Below are positions 18,637-27,469 of a DNA stretch of 64,000 bases, one piece after another. Each line of letters starts with the position of its first letter. Within the stretch, counting starts at the first letter, position 1. A program made the translations under genes and the position numbers. The notes below the pieces were generated by a model that worked only from the letters and a program-made list of their open reading frames with translations, did not search any database and was not told the origin of the DNA. The stretch is from an uncultured Candidatus Saccharibacteria bacterium (GTDB taxonomy: Bacteria > Patescibacteriota > WWE3 > UBA101185 > 2-01-FULL-41-18), in contig CAZWQF010000002.1 of NCBI GenBank assembly GCA_964636285.1, positions 73,669 to 137,668 of the forward strand, read 5' to 3'.

Positions 18637-19749
18637 ATGAAAATAGCTATTGACGGAACTTTTTTAACTCAAAATAACAACGCAGGTCCAGAAAATTACG
18701 TCAAAAACCTTGTTGAATCAATGTTTTTGGTGGATTCAACTAGCGAGTACATTATTTATACATCTGAAGACAATGTTTTGTCAATTCCACCAGAAATGCA
18801 AGGTTCTAAAAAAGTTACGCTAAAAAAAGTGGGTAATGGACTCTTTGGAACTCAAGCAAAAATAGCACTTTCAGTACTTACTGATAAACCAAATGTGCTT
18901 TTTTGCCCTTTTCACAAGGCCCCTATGCTTCTTCTTCCGCTAGGTATCAAACCAACATTGATGATTCATGGGCTTGAATACGCATCCAATAACCTTAGTT
19001 TTTTTCAAAAACTCATTCCTGAAACACAGTTAAAGATATTAGCTAAGTATTCAAATAACATTATTGTCCCATCTAGATACGTTAACGAAAAACTCCAGAT
19101 TTTATATAAAGTTGATAAAACAAAAATTAAAATTGTGCCAGAAGGCGTCTCCAAAAAGTTCTTTTCTCAAGCATCTCAGGAGGAGATTGAGTCAGTACGT
19201 AATCAATATTCCATAAAAAATAAGTACATTCTTGCAGTCTCTACAATACAACCTAGGAAAAATTACAACAGGCTAATTCTTGCCTTTTCAAATCTTTGTA
19301 GGGATCCTGACTTTACCATGTCATTAGTCATCTGCGGAAAATACGGCTGGGGAGCAGAAGATACCCTAAGCCTACCTGAAAAACTGGGTATAAAAGACAG
19401 GGTTATTTTTACAGGACGAGTAGATGATAGCTATATAGCACCGTTATACCAAGGAAGCACCATCACAGCTAATGTATCACTTGAAGAAGGCTTTGGACTT
19501 CCTTTACTTGAAGCAATGGCGTCAAAAAAGCCTTTAGTAATTTCTAATCTAAAGCCGTATAAAGACCTTGCACAAGAAAACGCTGTCTATGTAAATCCGC
19601 ACGATGCTGAGTCGATTGAACAAGGCTTAAAAACAGCGCTTCAGGAGTACGATCACAGTAAACTTGAAAATGCGTGTAACATTGCGCTCGGAATGTCCTG
19701 GGAAAGATCAGCAACGGAAATTCTTACAATCTTAAAGTCTAACTATTGA
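18637..19749 (+). CDS. Glycosyltransferase family 4
   Basis: EEGFGLPLLEAMASKKPLVISN is a GT1-domain EX7E motif. Confidence 0.75.
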   Translation: MKIAIDGTFLTQNNNAGPENYVKNLVESMFLVDSTSEYIIYTSEDNVLSIPPEMQGSKKVTLKKVGNGLFGTQAKIALSVLTDKPNVLFCPFHKAPMLLLPLGIKPTLMIHGLEYASNNLSFFQKLIPETQLKILAKYSNNIIVPSRYVNEKLQILYKVDKTKIKIVPEGVSKKFFSQASQEEIESVRNQYSIKNKYILAVSTIQPRKNYNRLILAFSNLCRDPDFTMSLVICGKYGWGAEDTLSLPEKLGIKDRVIFTGRVDDSYIAPLYQGSTITANVSLEEGFGLPLLEAMASKKPLVISNLKPYKDLAQENAVYVNPHDAESIEQGLKTALQEYDHSKLENACNIALGMSWERSATEILTILKSNY

Positions 19750-20896
19750 ATACATCTAATGTAATTTGAGCAGAGTCTTCCCATTTGTACTTTTCGACCA
19801 ATTCAAGCCCCTTTAGCACTAACAGAGACCTAAGTTCAGGATCCTGAGTAACCTTGAACATAACACTAGCCATATCCTCTATATTCATTGGATCAAAAAA
19901 TGCTACGGAATCACCAAATATTTCCCTATGGCATTCAATATCTGAAATTGCGCATGGGAGCTTACAGGCCATAGCTTCTAGCGGAGTAAGACTGAACCCT
20001 TCTTTAAGCGAAGGAAAAACATAAGCAACTGCATTTTTTCTGAGTAGTGTGACCTCCTCATCAGTAATATAACTATCCTCCCCAGGCATCAAAATGAAGT
20101 CAGATAGATTTTTACGACACACCTGGTCATAAATAGCTTTTGAAAAGAAATCTTTCTTCCCGGCCAACACAAGCTGTCCTTTATATCCAAACTTATTTTT
20201 TAAGATCTCGAACGCATCAACAAGCCTCTCTACATTTTTATGCTTATACATACTGCTAACATACAGTAGGTACGGTCCTGTGATTTTAAACTTTGTTAAA
20301 ACCTGCTTTGTAGATTCCTCGGTTTTTGGATCAGACTCAACACCTAACAGCATCCTAAGTAAATCAGGATCCACACCCTCATAACAAACTATATATTTAT
20401 TCTCATTTATGAATGGATAGCTTTTCCTAAAATCGTGTAAGGTAGCTTTTGAGGCAACAATAACTTTCTTTGACTTGAGTGTGGCTAGAAGTACTACAAA
20501 GTAATAAACAAATTTTTTAAATCTGTAATACGGCTTTGGAAGCGTTGTTCCCTGCTCCGTACTGAAAGTATGCATGATGATGTCAGGAATTGCAGTAACC
20601 ATCTTTCCAGGATAAAAAATTGGTACGTTAAAGTGAGGAACATAAAATAAATCAGGACCAAACAGAATTATTTGAGCAAGAAAAAAAATCTGCTCTTCAA
20701 ACGAATACCAAGTAAAATCAGCCAAAATTTTTTTGAATTTTGGATTTGTTGGGGTGTAAGAGTCTATGCTCTTTTTCCTCATGAAAACAAGGTATTCATT
20801 AACTGTATCCAGCTTTTCAAGGTGTGTGAGGATGTTTTTTATATATCTACCGGGACCTGCTTCGCCGTAAAATCTGGCGTCAATTGCAATTCGCAT
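19739..20896 (-). CDS. Glycosyltransferase family 4
   Basis: KEGFSLTPLEAMACKLPCAISD is a GT1-domain motif. Confidence 0.75.
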   Translation of the reverse strand: MRIAIDARFYGEAGPGRYIKNILTHLEKLDTVNEYLVFMRKKSIDSYTPTNPKFKKILADFTWYSFEEQIFFLAQIILFGPDLFYVPHFNVPIFYPGKMVTAIPDIIMHTFSTEQGTTLPKPYYRFKKFVYYFVVLLATLKSKKVIVASKATLHDFRKSYPFINENKYIVCYEGVDPDLLRMLLGVESDPKTEESTKQVLTKFKITGPYLLYVSSMYKHKNVERLVDAFEILKNKFGYKGQLVLAGKKDFFSKAIYDQVCRKNLSDFILMPGEDSYITDEEVTLLRKNAVAYVFPSLKEGFSLTPLEAMACKLPCAISDIECHREIFGDSVAFFDPMNIEDMASVMFKVTQDPELRSLLVLKGLELVEKYKWEDSAQITLDVFNS

Positions 20897-22251
20897 TATT
20901 TGTTGCCTATGATCAGCAAGACATCATAGCCTTTAGATTCAGGCAAATCCTGTGAAACCTCAAGATCATATTTTTCGGAAAGATCTTTTTTAAGAAGGTC
21001 TAAAAAGTCTTTTTTACTTGCTTTAAGCTTAAGGACAGTCTTTTGGTATCCAGTTTTATCGGCATCGCCTACCTCGGAAACTTTATATCCGTAGCTTTCA
21101 ACTTGTGCTTTAGCTTTTGAAGCCATTCCTGCAACTCCAACTCCATTTTCGACTCTAATTTTTAATGCTGATTTGTCAAGCAAAACTGCGCTTTTGGTGG
21201 CTTCTTTTGGGGCATCCTGGGAAGTTTTTGATCCTGCATCATCTTTTTTAGCGTCTGAAGCTCCAATAACCTGAGCATCTTCTTTTTTTGCAGAAGTATT
21301 GTTCTTACTTAAGTAGGTAAATCCAAAAAAACCAAGGACTAAAACCGACACTACTGCAAGTGAAGGTACAACGTATTTTACTATTGAAGTGTTGTTTGGT
21401 GCTCCAAGCTCTAGATGAAGTACATTTCTAAAGTTATAGTACGCATCAACAATTTCCTCATACCTTGCCTTTAATATTGAATGTGTCATCAAGAGCCTCT
21501 CAAACTGCGGGAATGTCTCTGATGAATCCTGAGAAGGGATATCAAGCTTGTGAGCCACAAAAGGCGCGGAAATCTCAAGTGGATCCCCTACAAAATACAC
21601 ATCTGTAACAGGCTTCTCTCTGTTGAATGTTGAAAGCTCTTTAATTAAAGATGCAGTCTTCTCATTCATATCTGCAGAAGAGTTATAAGTGCCGGAAAAA
21701 TAAACTCCACCATACTCTGAGGCAACAAGAGCTGATTCGTCTACTCCCTTATGCACAAAGAAAAATGGGCTTAAAGACCCAACAAACTGTGCAAATATAA
21801 AAGATACAGGTAGAATCGCTTCAAGTTTTAAACCAAGACCTTCAGACAGTTCAAGGTAGGTATCAATTATATCTTTAGGGATTCCCACATATTGATAAAT
21901 AAACGGGCTCATTTTTTGGTAGGTGTTATACATTTGATCCAAAGGCCCGCCAACAAACTCAACAGCTTGAGCCTTAAGACCGTCAAAAATATCTGTGTCG
22001 TCATTTCTAACAACAAAGAACCTATCGTATATTTCTTTTTCGGAAACTATGAAAACAACTTTAGTAAGCTTTGTATTTAGGGACTTGTATGCCGACTTAA
22101 GTGCTTGGAAGAAACCATCTTTATCAAGTATTTTTGTATCATTTACAATAGAGCCGTCTAAACTTACTTCTAGTGATTTTAGGTCACTAGTCAGTAATCT
22201 GAGAGAATTTCTATTTATCTCAACAAGTAGTGTATTTGTAAATGTTTGCAT
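20896..22251 (-). CDS. Bitopic protein: an about 300 aa cytoplasmic N-terminal domain (possibly actin-like/PilM-FtsA-like, uncertain), one TM helix, a Lys/Ala/Asp-rich linker, and a C-terminal LytR_C domain
   Basis: TM helix VVPSLAVVSVLVLGFFGFTYL. C-terminal KIRVENGVGVAGMASKAKAQVESYGYKV...GYDVLLIIGNK matches the LytR_C (LytR cell-envelope-related transcriptional attenuator C-terminal) pattern. Confidence 0.5.
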   Translation of the reverse strand: MQTFTNTLLVEINRNSLRLLTSDLKSLEVSLDGSIVNDTKILDKDGFFQALKSAYKSLNTKLTKVVFIVSEKEIYDRFFVVRNDDTDIFDGLKAQAVEFVGGPLDQMYNTYQKMSPFIYQYVGIPKDIIDTYLELSEGLGLKLEAILPVSFIFAQFVGSLSPFFFVHKGVDESALVASEYGGVYFSGTYNSSADMNEKTASLIKELSTFNREKPVTDVYFVGDPLEISAPFVAHKLDIPSQDSSETFPQFERLLMTHSILKARYEEIVDAYYNFRNVLHLELGAPNNTSIVKYVVPSLAVVSVLVLGFFGFTYLSKNNTSAKKEDAQVIGASDAKKDDAGSKTSQDAPKEATKSAVLLDKSALKIRVENGVGVAGMASKAKAQVESYGYKVSEVGDADKTGYQKTVLKLKASKKDFLDLLKKDLSEKYDLEVSQDLPESKGYDVLLIIGNK

Positions 22252-22273
22252 ACAGTATGGCTATGATAACAAA

Positions 22274-22843
22274 TCAAGTTTTAGTAATAAAGAGTAAGAA
22301 TTCAGTATTTTTGCCTCTTTCGCCTTTAATTGGTGATTCAACAACACCTTTGAGTGTTATTTCAGGAATTTGTTCTATCTGGAGTTTAACCTGCTGAACA
22401 ACTTCAAGAACCGCTTCGTCAGGAAGCTTTCCTTTAACCAAGTGATGCTTCTTTGCTTCGTAATGAGGCTTAAGAAGCGAGACAATAACTCCACCAGATT
22501 TTAAATTCTTTATACAAGAAGGCAAAACAAGCTCCTGCCGTGTGAAGCCAACATCAACGCTAATAAAGTCAACTTGTTCGGGTAAAGTTACGTGAAGGGC
22601 ATTTGTTCGTTCCATCACCACTACCCTTGAGTCATTTCTAAGTGTCCAGGCAAGTTCTCCGTAGGAAACATCAACTGAATAAACCTTTTTTGCACCCCTT
22701 TTCAGTAAGCAGTCTACAAACCCACCAGTTGAACTTCCAAAATCTGCACAGACTTTGCCTTCAACCAAAAGCTGAAAGTGATTTAAAGCGTGTTCTAGTT
22801 TTGCGCCTGCTCTTGAGGCAAAATTTGATTGATCAGAACTCAT
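22274..22843 (-). CDS. tlyA: TlyA-family rRNA 2'-O-methyltransferase (FtsJ-like; lacks the S4 domain)
   Basis: SAM-binding motif CADFGSSTGGFVDCLL...VYSVDVSYGEL and a downstream VDFISVDVGF. Confidence 0.7.
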   Translation of the reverse strand: MSSDQSNFASRAGAKLEHALNHFQLLVEGKVCADFGSSTGGFVDCLLKRGAKKVYSVDVSYGELAWTLRNDSRVVVMERTNALHVTLPEQVDFISVDVGFTRQELVLPSCIKNLKSGGVIVSLLKPHYEAKKHHLVKGKLPDEAVLEVVQQVKLQIEQIPEITLKGVVESPIKGERGKNTEFLLFITKT

Positions 22844-23906
22844 AATTATATTTTCTCTGATTATAAATAGAGTTTACTATACCAAGGCACGAAAAGGTTA
22901 AGAGCATAGAGCTCCCACCATACGACATCATAGGTAGAGGAATTCCTGTAACCGGCATGATTCCTAGATTCATTCCTATGTTTACAAAAATTTGAAAGAT
23001 GAGCATTGCAAACACACCAACGCATATTAGTGTTTCGTGAGTTGTTTTGGTTTTTTCAATTACTTTGATAATTGAACCAAGAAGTATTGAATAAAAAAGG
23101 AGAAGGACAAGAACGCCAACAAAGCCCCACTCTTCGGAATAAGAAGCAAACATAAAGTCCGTATGAAACTCAGGGAGATACCTGAGTTTTGACTGAGTAC
23201 CATGGCCAAAGCCTTTTCCAAAAAACATACCAGAACCAACAGCAATTTTTGACTGAAGTACATTGTATCCAGCTTTTAGAGGGTCAAGGTTTGGATTTGT
23301 GAATACTAGAATCCTCTGTTGTTGGTATGGAGCTAAGGAGTGCCAAATAATATTTGAAAATAAGCCAAATGCTAAAAATGCAATCAAAGCGTATTTGAGC
23401 TCAAACCTTCGAATAAAAAGCATGACTACATATATTGCTACAAATGTAAGAGCAGTTCCCAGATCGGGTTGCCATAAAACTGCAGCAAACAAAGGTAGGA
23501 ACATTGCTAGAGAGAACAAAATACCTTTTATATCCATCTTCTCTTTTTTATAAGAAGCCAAGTAGCCTGATAAAGTAAGGATAATTGTTAGCTTTGCTAT
23601 TTCCGAGGGTTGAAGATTAAAGGGCCCTAAGGAAAGCCATCTAGCGGAGCCTCTTACACTCTCTGCAAATAAGTGCGTTATTATAAGGAGCGCTGTGTTT
23701 CCTGCATAAATATAGAATTTGAAAAAATCAAGAAGATCTATTTTAATATTCGAAAATATAAAAAAGGCAGTTATTCCCAAAAGAACATAAAAGGTTTGTG
23801 TTCTGGCTAAATCTGAATTAAGAGACAAGAGCACAGAAATACTTAACGAACAGATAAGCACTGCCGGCAAAAATAGCCAGAAATTTATGGAAAGGTATTT
23901 TGTCAT
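22833..23906 (-). CDS. rodA: SEDS-family peptidoglycan glycosyltransferase (RodA-like; the copy outside the dcw cluster)
   Basis: 10 TM segments. SEDS signature GSGMFFGKGFGHGTQSKLRYLPEFHTDFMFASYSEEWGF. Confidence 0.8.
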   Translation of the reverse strand: MTKYLSINFWLFLPAVLICSLSISVLLSLNSDLARTQTFYVLLGITAFFIFSNIKIDLLDFFKFYIYAGNTALLIITHLFAESVRGSARWLSLGPFNLQPSEIAKLTIILTLSGYLASYKKEKMDIKGILFSLAMFLPLFAAVLWQPDLGTALTFVAIYVVMLFIRRFELKYALIAFLAFGLFSNIIWHSLAPYQQQRILVFTNPNLDPLKAGYNVLQSKIAVGSGMFFGKGFGHGTQSKLRYLPEFHTDFMFASYSEEWGFVGVLVLLLFYSILLGSIIKVIEKTKTTHETLICVGVFAMLIFQIFVNIGMNLGIMPVTGIPLPMMSYGGSSMLLTFSCLGIVNSIYNQRKYNYEF

Positions 23907-23913
23907 GCTTGAC

Positions 23914-26751
23914 TTAAAAAACCTGTAATTTAGAACCCGATTTTAATTCTTTTACAGAAGCTTTTTGTTTGATGTACTCCTCAAAAGCCAACACAGCCCT
24001 ATTTAATTTCTCTGACGATTCATACTCAACATTAACTTTGTCATGCACGGAGAGTCCAAGTTCTTTTCTTAAAACTTGAATTGAACGCACTAGATCTCTT
24101 GCTAAACCCTCAAGCTCCAGCTCCTCTGTAATTGTTGTATCAAGCTCTGCTTGAAGCTGAGCACCCTGCTGTTTTATCACTACATCCTTAACGTTTAGTT
24201 CTTCTTTCAGGATTTCAATTAATTCATCCTTAAGTTTAAGTCCTTTTTGAGAAACAGTGATTTTGCTTAGTGGCTGCCTCACTTTAATTTCCTTTGATTT
24301 TCTCTCTGAGTGCCCTATTTCAACAACTTTTTTAACTTCTTCCATCTCAACTTCAAGTTCGGAGTCGATCAAACCTGCATCAAAAACAGGCCAATTCGTT
24401 AAGTGCACTGAAGAATCACTATTTTTATCATCACTCTTAGACGATTTTGCTTTCAGCTCATTGTAAACAACTTCTGCCATGAATGGAGTTATTGGAGCCA
24501 GCATTTGTGCAGTAACCTCTATAACCTTAGCTAGAGTTGATACAGTATCTCTATCGTCTTTCAACCTCTCCCTGCTTCTTCTTAAATACCAAGTTGAAAC
24601 AAGGTCAATGTAGCTTTGTACCTCTCTACACGCTGAGACTACATCATATGCGTCCATAAATTCGGTGACCTTTTTAAGTGTTGTGTTTGTAAGAGAGGCC
24701 GCCCATCTGTCCATAACGTGTTTTGAGGAGAAAGAAGGATTGATTTCTTTACCACCATACATCATTAAGAAAGAGTGCACATTCCAAAAAATGTTCATGA
24801 CTTTCTTGTAAACTTCATCAACATCTTTTTCAAGCAAGATGACATTCTCCCCTTTCATAACTGTTGTGGACATCATATAAAACCTTACTGCATCCACGCC
24901 ATACTTCTCAAAGACCATTGAAGGATCCGGATAATTCTTCTTGGACTTTGACATTTTTTTACCATCTGATCCAAGATAAACACCGGTAACAACAACATTC
25001 TTGAAACTGGGCTTATCAAAAAGACCCACTGCTACTCTGTGAAGAACGTTAAACCAAGCTCTAACTTGACCCACGTACTCTGCAATAAAGTCTGCTGGGT
25101 ATCTTTGTTCAAAAATGTCTTGATTTTCAAAAGGATAGTGAAGCTCTGCAAAAGGCATTGAAGCTGACTCAACCCAGCAGTCAAAAACTTCGGGTATTCT
25201 CTTCATAGCGCCGTGACCACATTTACAGTTAAGTTCGATTTCATCAATGTATGGTCTATGTAAGTCCTTTAATCCATCAACCTTTGCTGGATTAACAGCT
25301 CTCTCTTTTAATTCCTGTACCGAACCGATGATGTCCCTTGATCCACAATCTTCACAAACCCAAATCGGCATTGGAGATCCCCAAAACCTATTTCTAGAAA
25401 CATTCCAGTCCGGAGAACTTGTCAAAATATTTTTGAACTGGCCATGCTTAAAATGCGAAGGGACCCAGTTTATGTTTTCGTTTTCAGCTATAAGCTTATC
25501 CTTCATTTTCTGAACATTAATAAACCATGCCGGTAAAGCACTGTAGTAAAGAGGAGCTTCGCATCTGTAACAAAATGGGTAGGAGTGTGTGACTTTTTCT
25601 ATTTTGTAGGCTAAATTCCTATTTTTGAGATCTTCCAAAATTATGGGATTTGCCTGCTTAAAGGATTTTCCCTGCACAATTTCAACAAACGGTAAAAACC
25701 TTCCAGTATCATCTAGCATTGGAATTGTTGGAAGATCAATTTCAAGGGCAAGCTTATAGTCATCTTCTCCATATATTGATGCTGTATGTACAATGCCCGA
25801 ACCGTCATCCATGCTCACAAACCAAGCTTTTGCAACGTAATATGCTTTTTTATCACCTATAGGTAAGTAGTCATATAAAGGTTCATACGCGATTCCACAA
25901 AGTTCCTCGCCCTTCATTTTTTTGACTATTGTGTATTCCCCATCCAAAACTGAAAGCCGAGCCTCTGCAAGAATTAAATACTCTGATCCTACTTTTACTT
26001 TTACGTAGTCGGCATCCTCTTTGACTGCAAGACCTACGTTTCCAGGGAGCGTCCAAGGAGTTGTTGTCCAAGCCAAAAGATAGGTATTTTCTTCGCCTTT
26101 TACCTTGAATTTTATAAAAATGGAGTCATCTTCAACATCTCTGTAGCTGTTGTCCATTGCAACTTCAAAGTTTGAAAGAGGGGTAGCGCATCTAGGACAG
26201 TACAGGATCACGTGTCTACCTTCGTACACCAAACCCTTCTGGTGAAGCGTCTTGAATGCCCACCAAACGGACTCCATGTATGTGTTGTCCATTGTTTTAT
26301 AGGAGTGTTCCATGTCTACCCACCTGCCTATTCGCCTAATTATGCTTCTCCATTCCTTATCATATGCAAGCACCGAATCTTTACATGCCTTGTTAAACTT
26401 CTCTATCCCAAGCTCTTCTATTCCCTTCTTACCGCCCTTTAAATCAAGCTGTTTCTCAACCATATTCTCAATTGGAAGACCATGGCAGTCCCAGCCCCAA
26501 ACTCGGTCGACCCTGAAACCCTTCATTGTCCAATATCTACCTACAACATCTTTAATTGTAGATCCTAACAAATGCCCATAATGAGGAAGCCCAGTTGCAA
26601 AAGGAGGGCCATCATAAAACCTGTAGGATTTGGAATTTTCTCTAATGGAAATTGATTTTTCAAAAGTTTTATTGATATCCCAATATTCAAGAACCTTTTT
26701 TTCAAGATCCGAAAAATTCTGCTTTTCCTGATAGTTACCTACAAACTTCAT
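23914..26751 (-). CDS. ileS: Isoleucine--tRNA ligase
   Basis: HIGH motif PFATGLPHYGHLL, WTTTPWTLPGN, KMSKS motif KMSKSKKN. 945 aa. Confidence 0.95.
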   Translation of the reverse strand: MKFVGNYQEKQNFSDLEKKVLEYWDINKTFEKSISIRENSKSYRFYDGPPFATGLPHYGHLLGSTIKDVVGRYWTMKGFRVDRVWGWDCHGLPIENMVEKQLDLKGGKKGIEELGIEKFNKACKDSVLAYDKEWRSIIRRIGRWVDMEHSYKTMDNTYMESVWWAFKTLHQKGLVYEGRHVILYCPRCATPLSNFEVAMDNSYRDVEDDSIFIKFKVKGEENTYLLAWTTTPWTLPGNVGLAVKEDADYVKVKVGSEYLILAEARLSVLDGEYTIVKKMKGEELCGIAYEPLYDYLPIGDKKAYYVAKAWFVSMDDGSGIVHTASIYGEDDYKLALEIDLPTIPMLDDTGRFLPFVEIVQGKSFKQANPIILEDLKNRNLAYKIEKVTHSYPFCYRCEAPLYYSALPAWFINVQKMKDKLIAENENINWVPSHFKHGQFKNILTSSPDWNVSRNRFWGSPMPIWVCEDCGSRDIIGSVQELKERAVNPAKVDGLKDLHRPYIDEIELNCKCGHGAMKRIPEVFDCWVESASMPFAELHYPFENQDIFEQRYPADFIAEYVGQVRAWFNVLHRVAVGLFDKPSFKNVVVTGVYLGSDGKKMSKSKKNYPDPSMVFEKYGVDAVRFYMMSTTVMKGENVILLEKDVDEVYKKVMNIFWNVHSFLMMYGGKEINPSFSSKHVMDRWAASLTNTTLKKVTEFMDAYDVVSACREVQSYIDLVSTWYLRRSRERLKDDRDTVSTLAKVIEVTAQMLAPITPFMAEVVYNELKAKSSKSDDKNSDSSVHLTNWPVFDAGLIDSELEVEMEEVKKVVEIGHSERKSKEIKVRQPLSKITVSQKGLKLKDELIEILKEELNVKDVVIKQQGAQLQAELDTTITEELELEGLARDLVRSIQVLRKELGLSVHDKVNVEYESSEKLNRAVLAFEEYIKQKASVKELKSGSKLQVF

Positions 26752-26765
26752 ATAATGCGAGCTTA

Positions 26766-26921
26766 TTACCTCTGAGAGTTAAAATCAACAGGTTTACTTT
26801 TATTTATAAATTGGTCTGCTTCAACGGCTCTTACAACAAGTATGCTCATTACAACAAATAGAAGCATAATTAGTATTCCTAGGGCAATTAAATTGTTTCC
26901 TTTTACGCTTTTGACTTCCAT
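26766..26921 (-). CDS. Possible 51 aa single-pass membrane micro-protein (MEVKSVKGNNLIALGILIMLLFVVMSILVVRAVEADQFINKSKPVDFNSQR)
   Basis: Below the ORF-track size cutoff; found by manual translation. Its ATG overlaps the last codons of the upstream adenosyltransferase gene (ATATGGAAGTC...), suggesting translational coupling. Coordinates approximate. Confidence 0.3.
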   Translation of the reverse strand: MEVKSVKGNNLIALGILIMLLFVVMSILVVRAVEADQFINKSKPVDFNSQR

Positions 26922-27454
26922 ATGACATCTGTATTTCCATCTAATATATTAGTATATCTTGCAAAGACAAACAAAAGATCCGATAACCGATTCAGATACA
27001 TTATTATATTTGGATTTACTGAATCAACCTCATCTAAAAGCACAACGCTTCTTTCAACTCTCCTAGAAATGGCTCTAGATAAATGAAATGAGGCCGAAAC
27101 TGGAGAACCTCCTGGTAAAATAAAATACTTTAATGTAGGAAGTTTTTTATCAAGCAGGTCAATCTGCTTTTCCAAAAAAGTTACCTTTGACTTTCCAAGT
27201 TTAAACTTTTTTACCATGTTTTTATTTTTGGGGTCTTGAGCAATTTCAGATCCGATTTCGAAAAGAGTATTTTGTATGGTCAACAGGGTCTTATTCACTG
27301 AAGGGTAATTTGAGTGAGAAACAATATACCCAATAAATGAGTTTAGCTCATCAAGATTTCCAACTGCATCTATTATCAATGAGGCTTTTGAGACTCTTCT
27401 GCCTCCCGGAAGAAGAGTCTCTCCACCATCCCCTGTCCTAGTATAAATTTTCAT
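26903..27454 (-). CDS. pduO: ATP:cob(I)alamin adenosyltransferase, PduO/MMAB type
   Basis: N-terminal MKIYTRTGDGGETLLPGGRRVSKASLIIDAVGNLDELNSFIG is the PduO-type signature. Confidence 0.8.
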   Translation of the reverse strand: MKIYTRTGDGGETLLPGGRRVSKASLIIDAVGNLDELNSFIGYIVSHSNYPSVNKTLLTIQNTLFEIGSEIAQDPKNKNMVKKFKLGKSKVTFLEKQIDLLDKKLPTLKYFILPGGSPVSASFHLSRAISRRVERSVVLLDEVDSVNPNIIMYLNRLSDLLFVFARYTNILDGNTDVIWKSKA

Positions 27455-27469
27455 GTTAAAGCAATGAAC

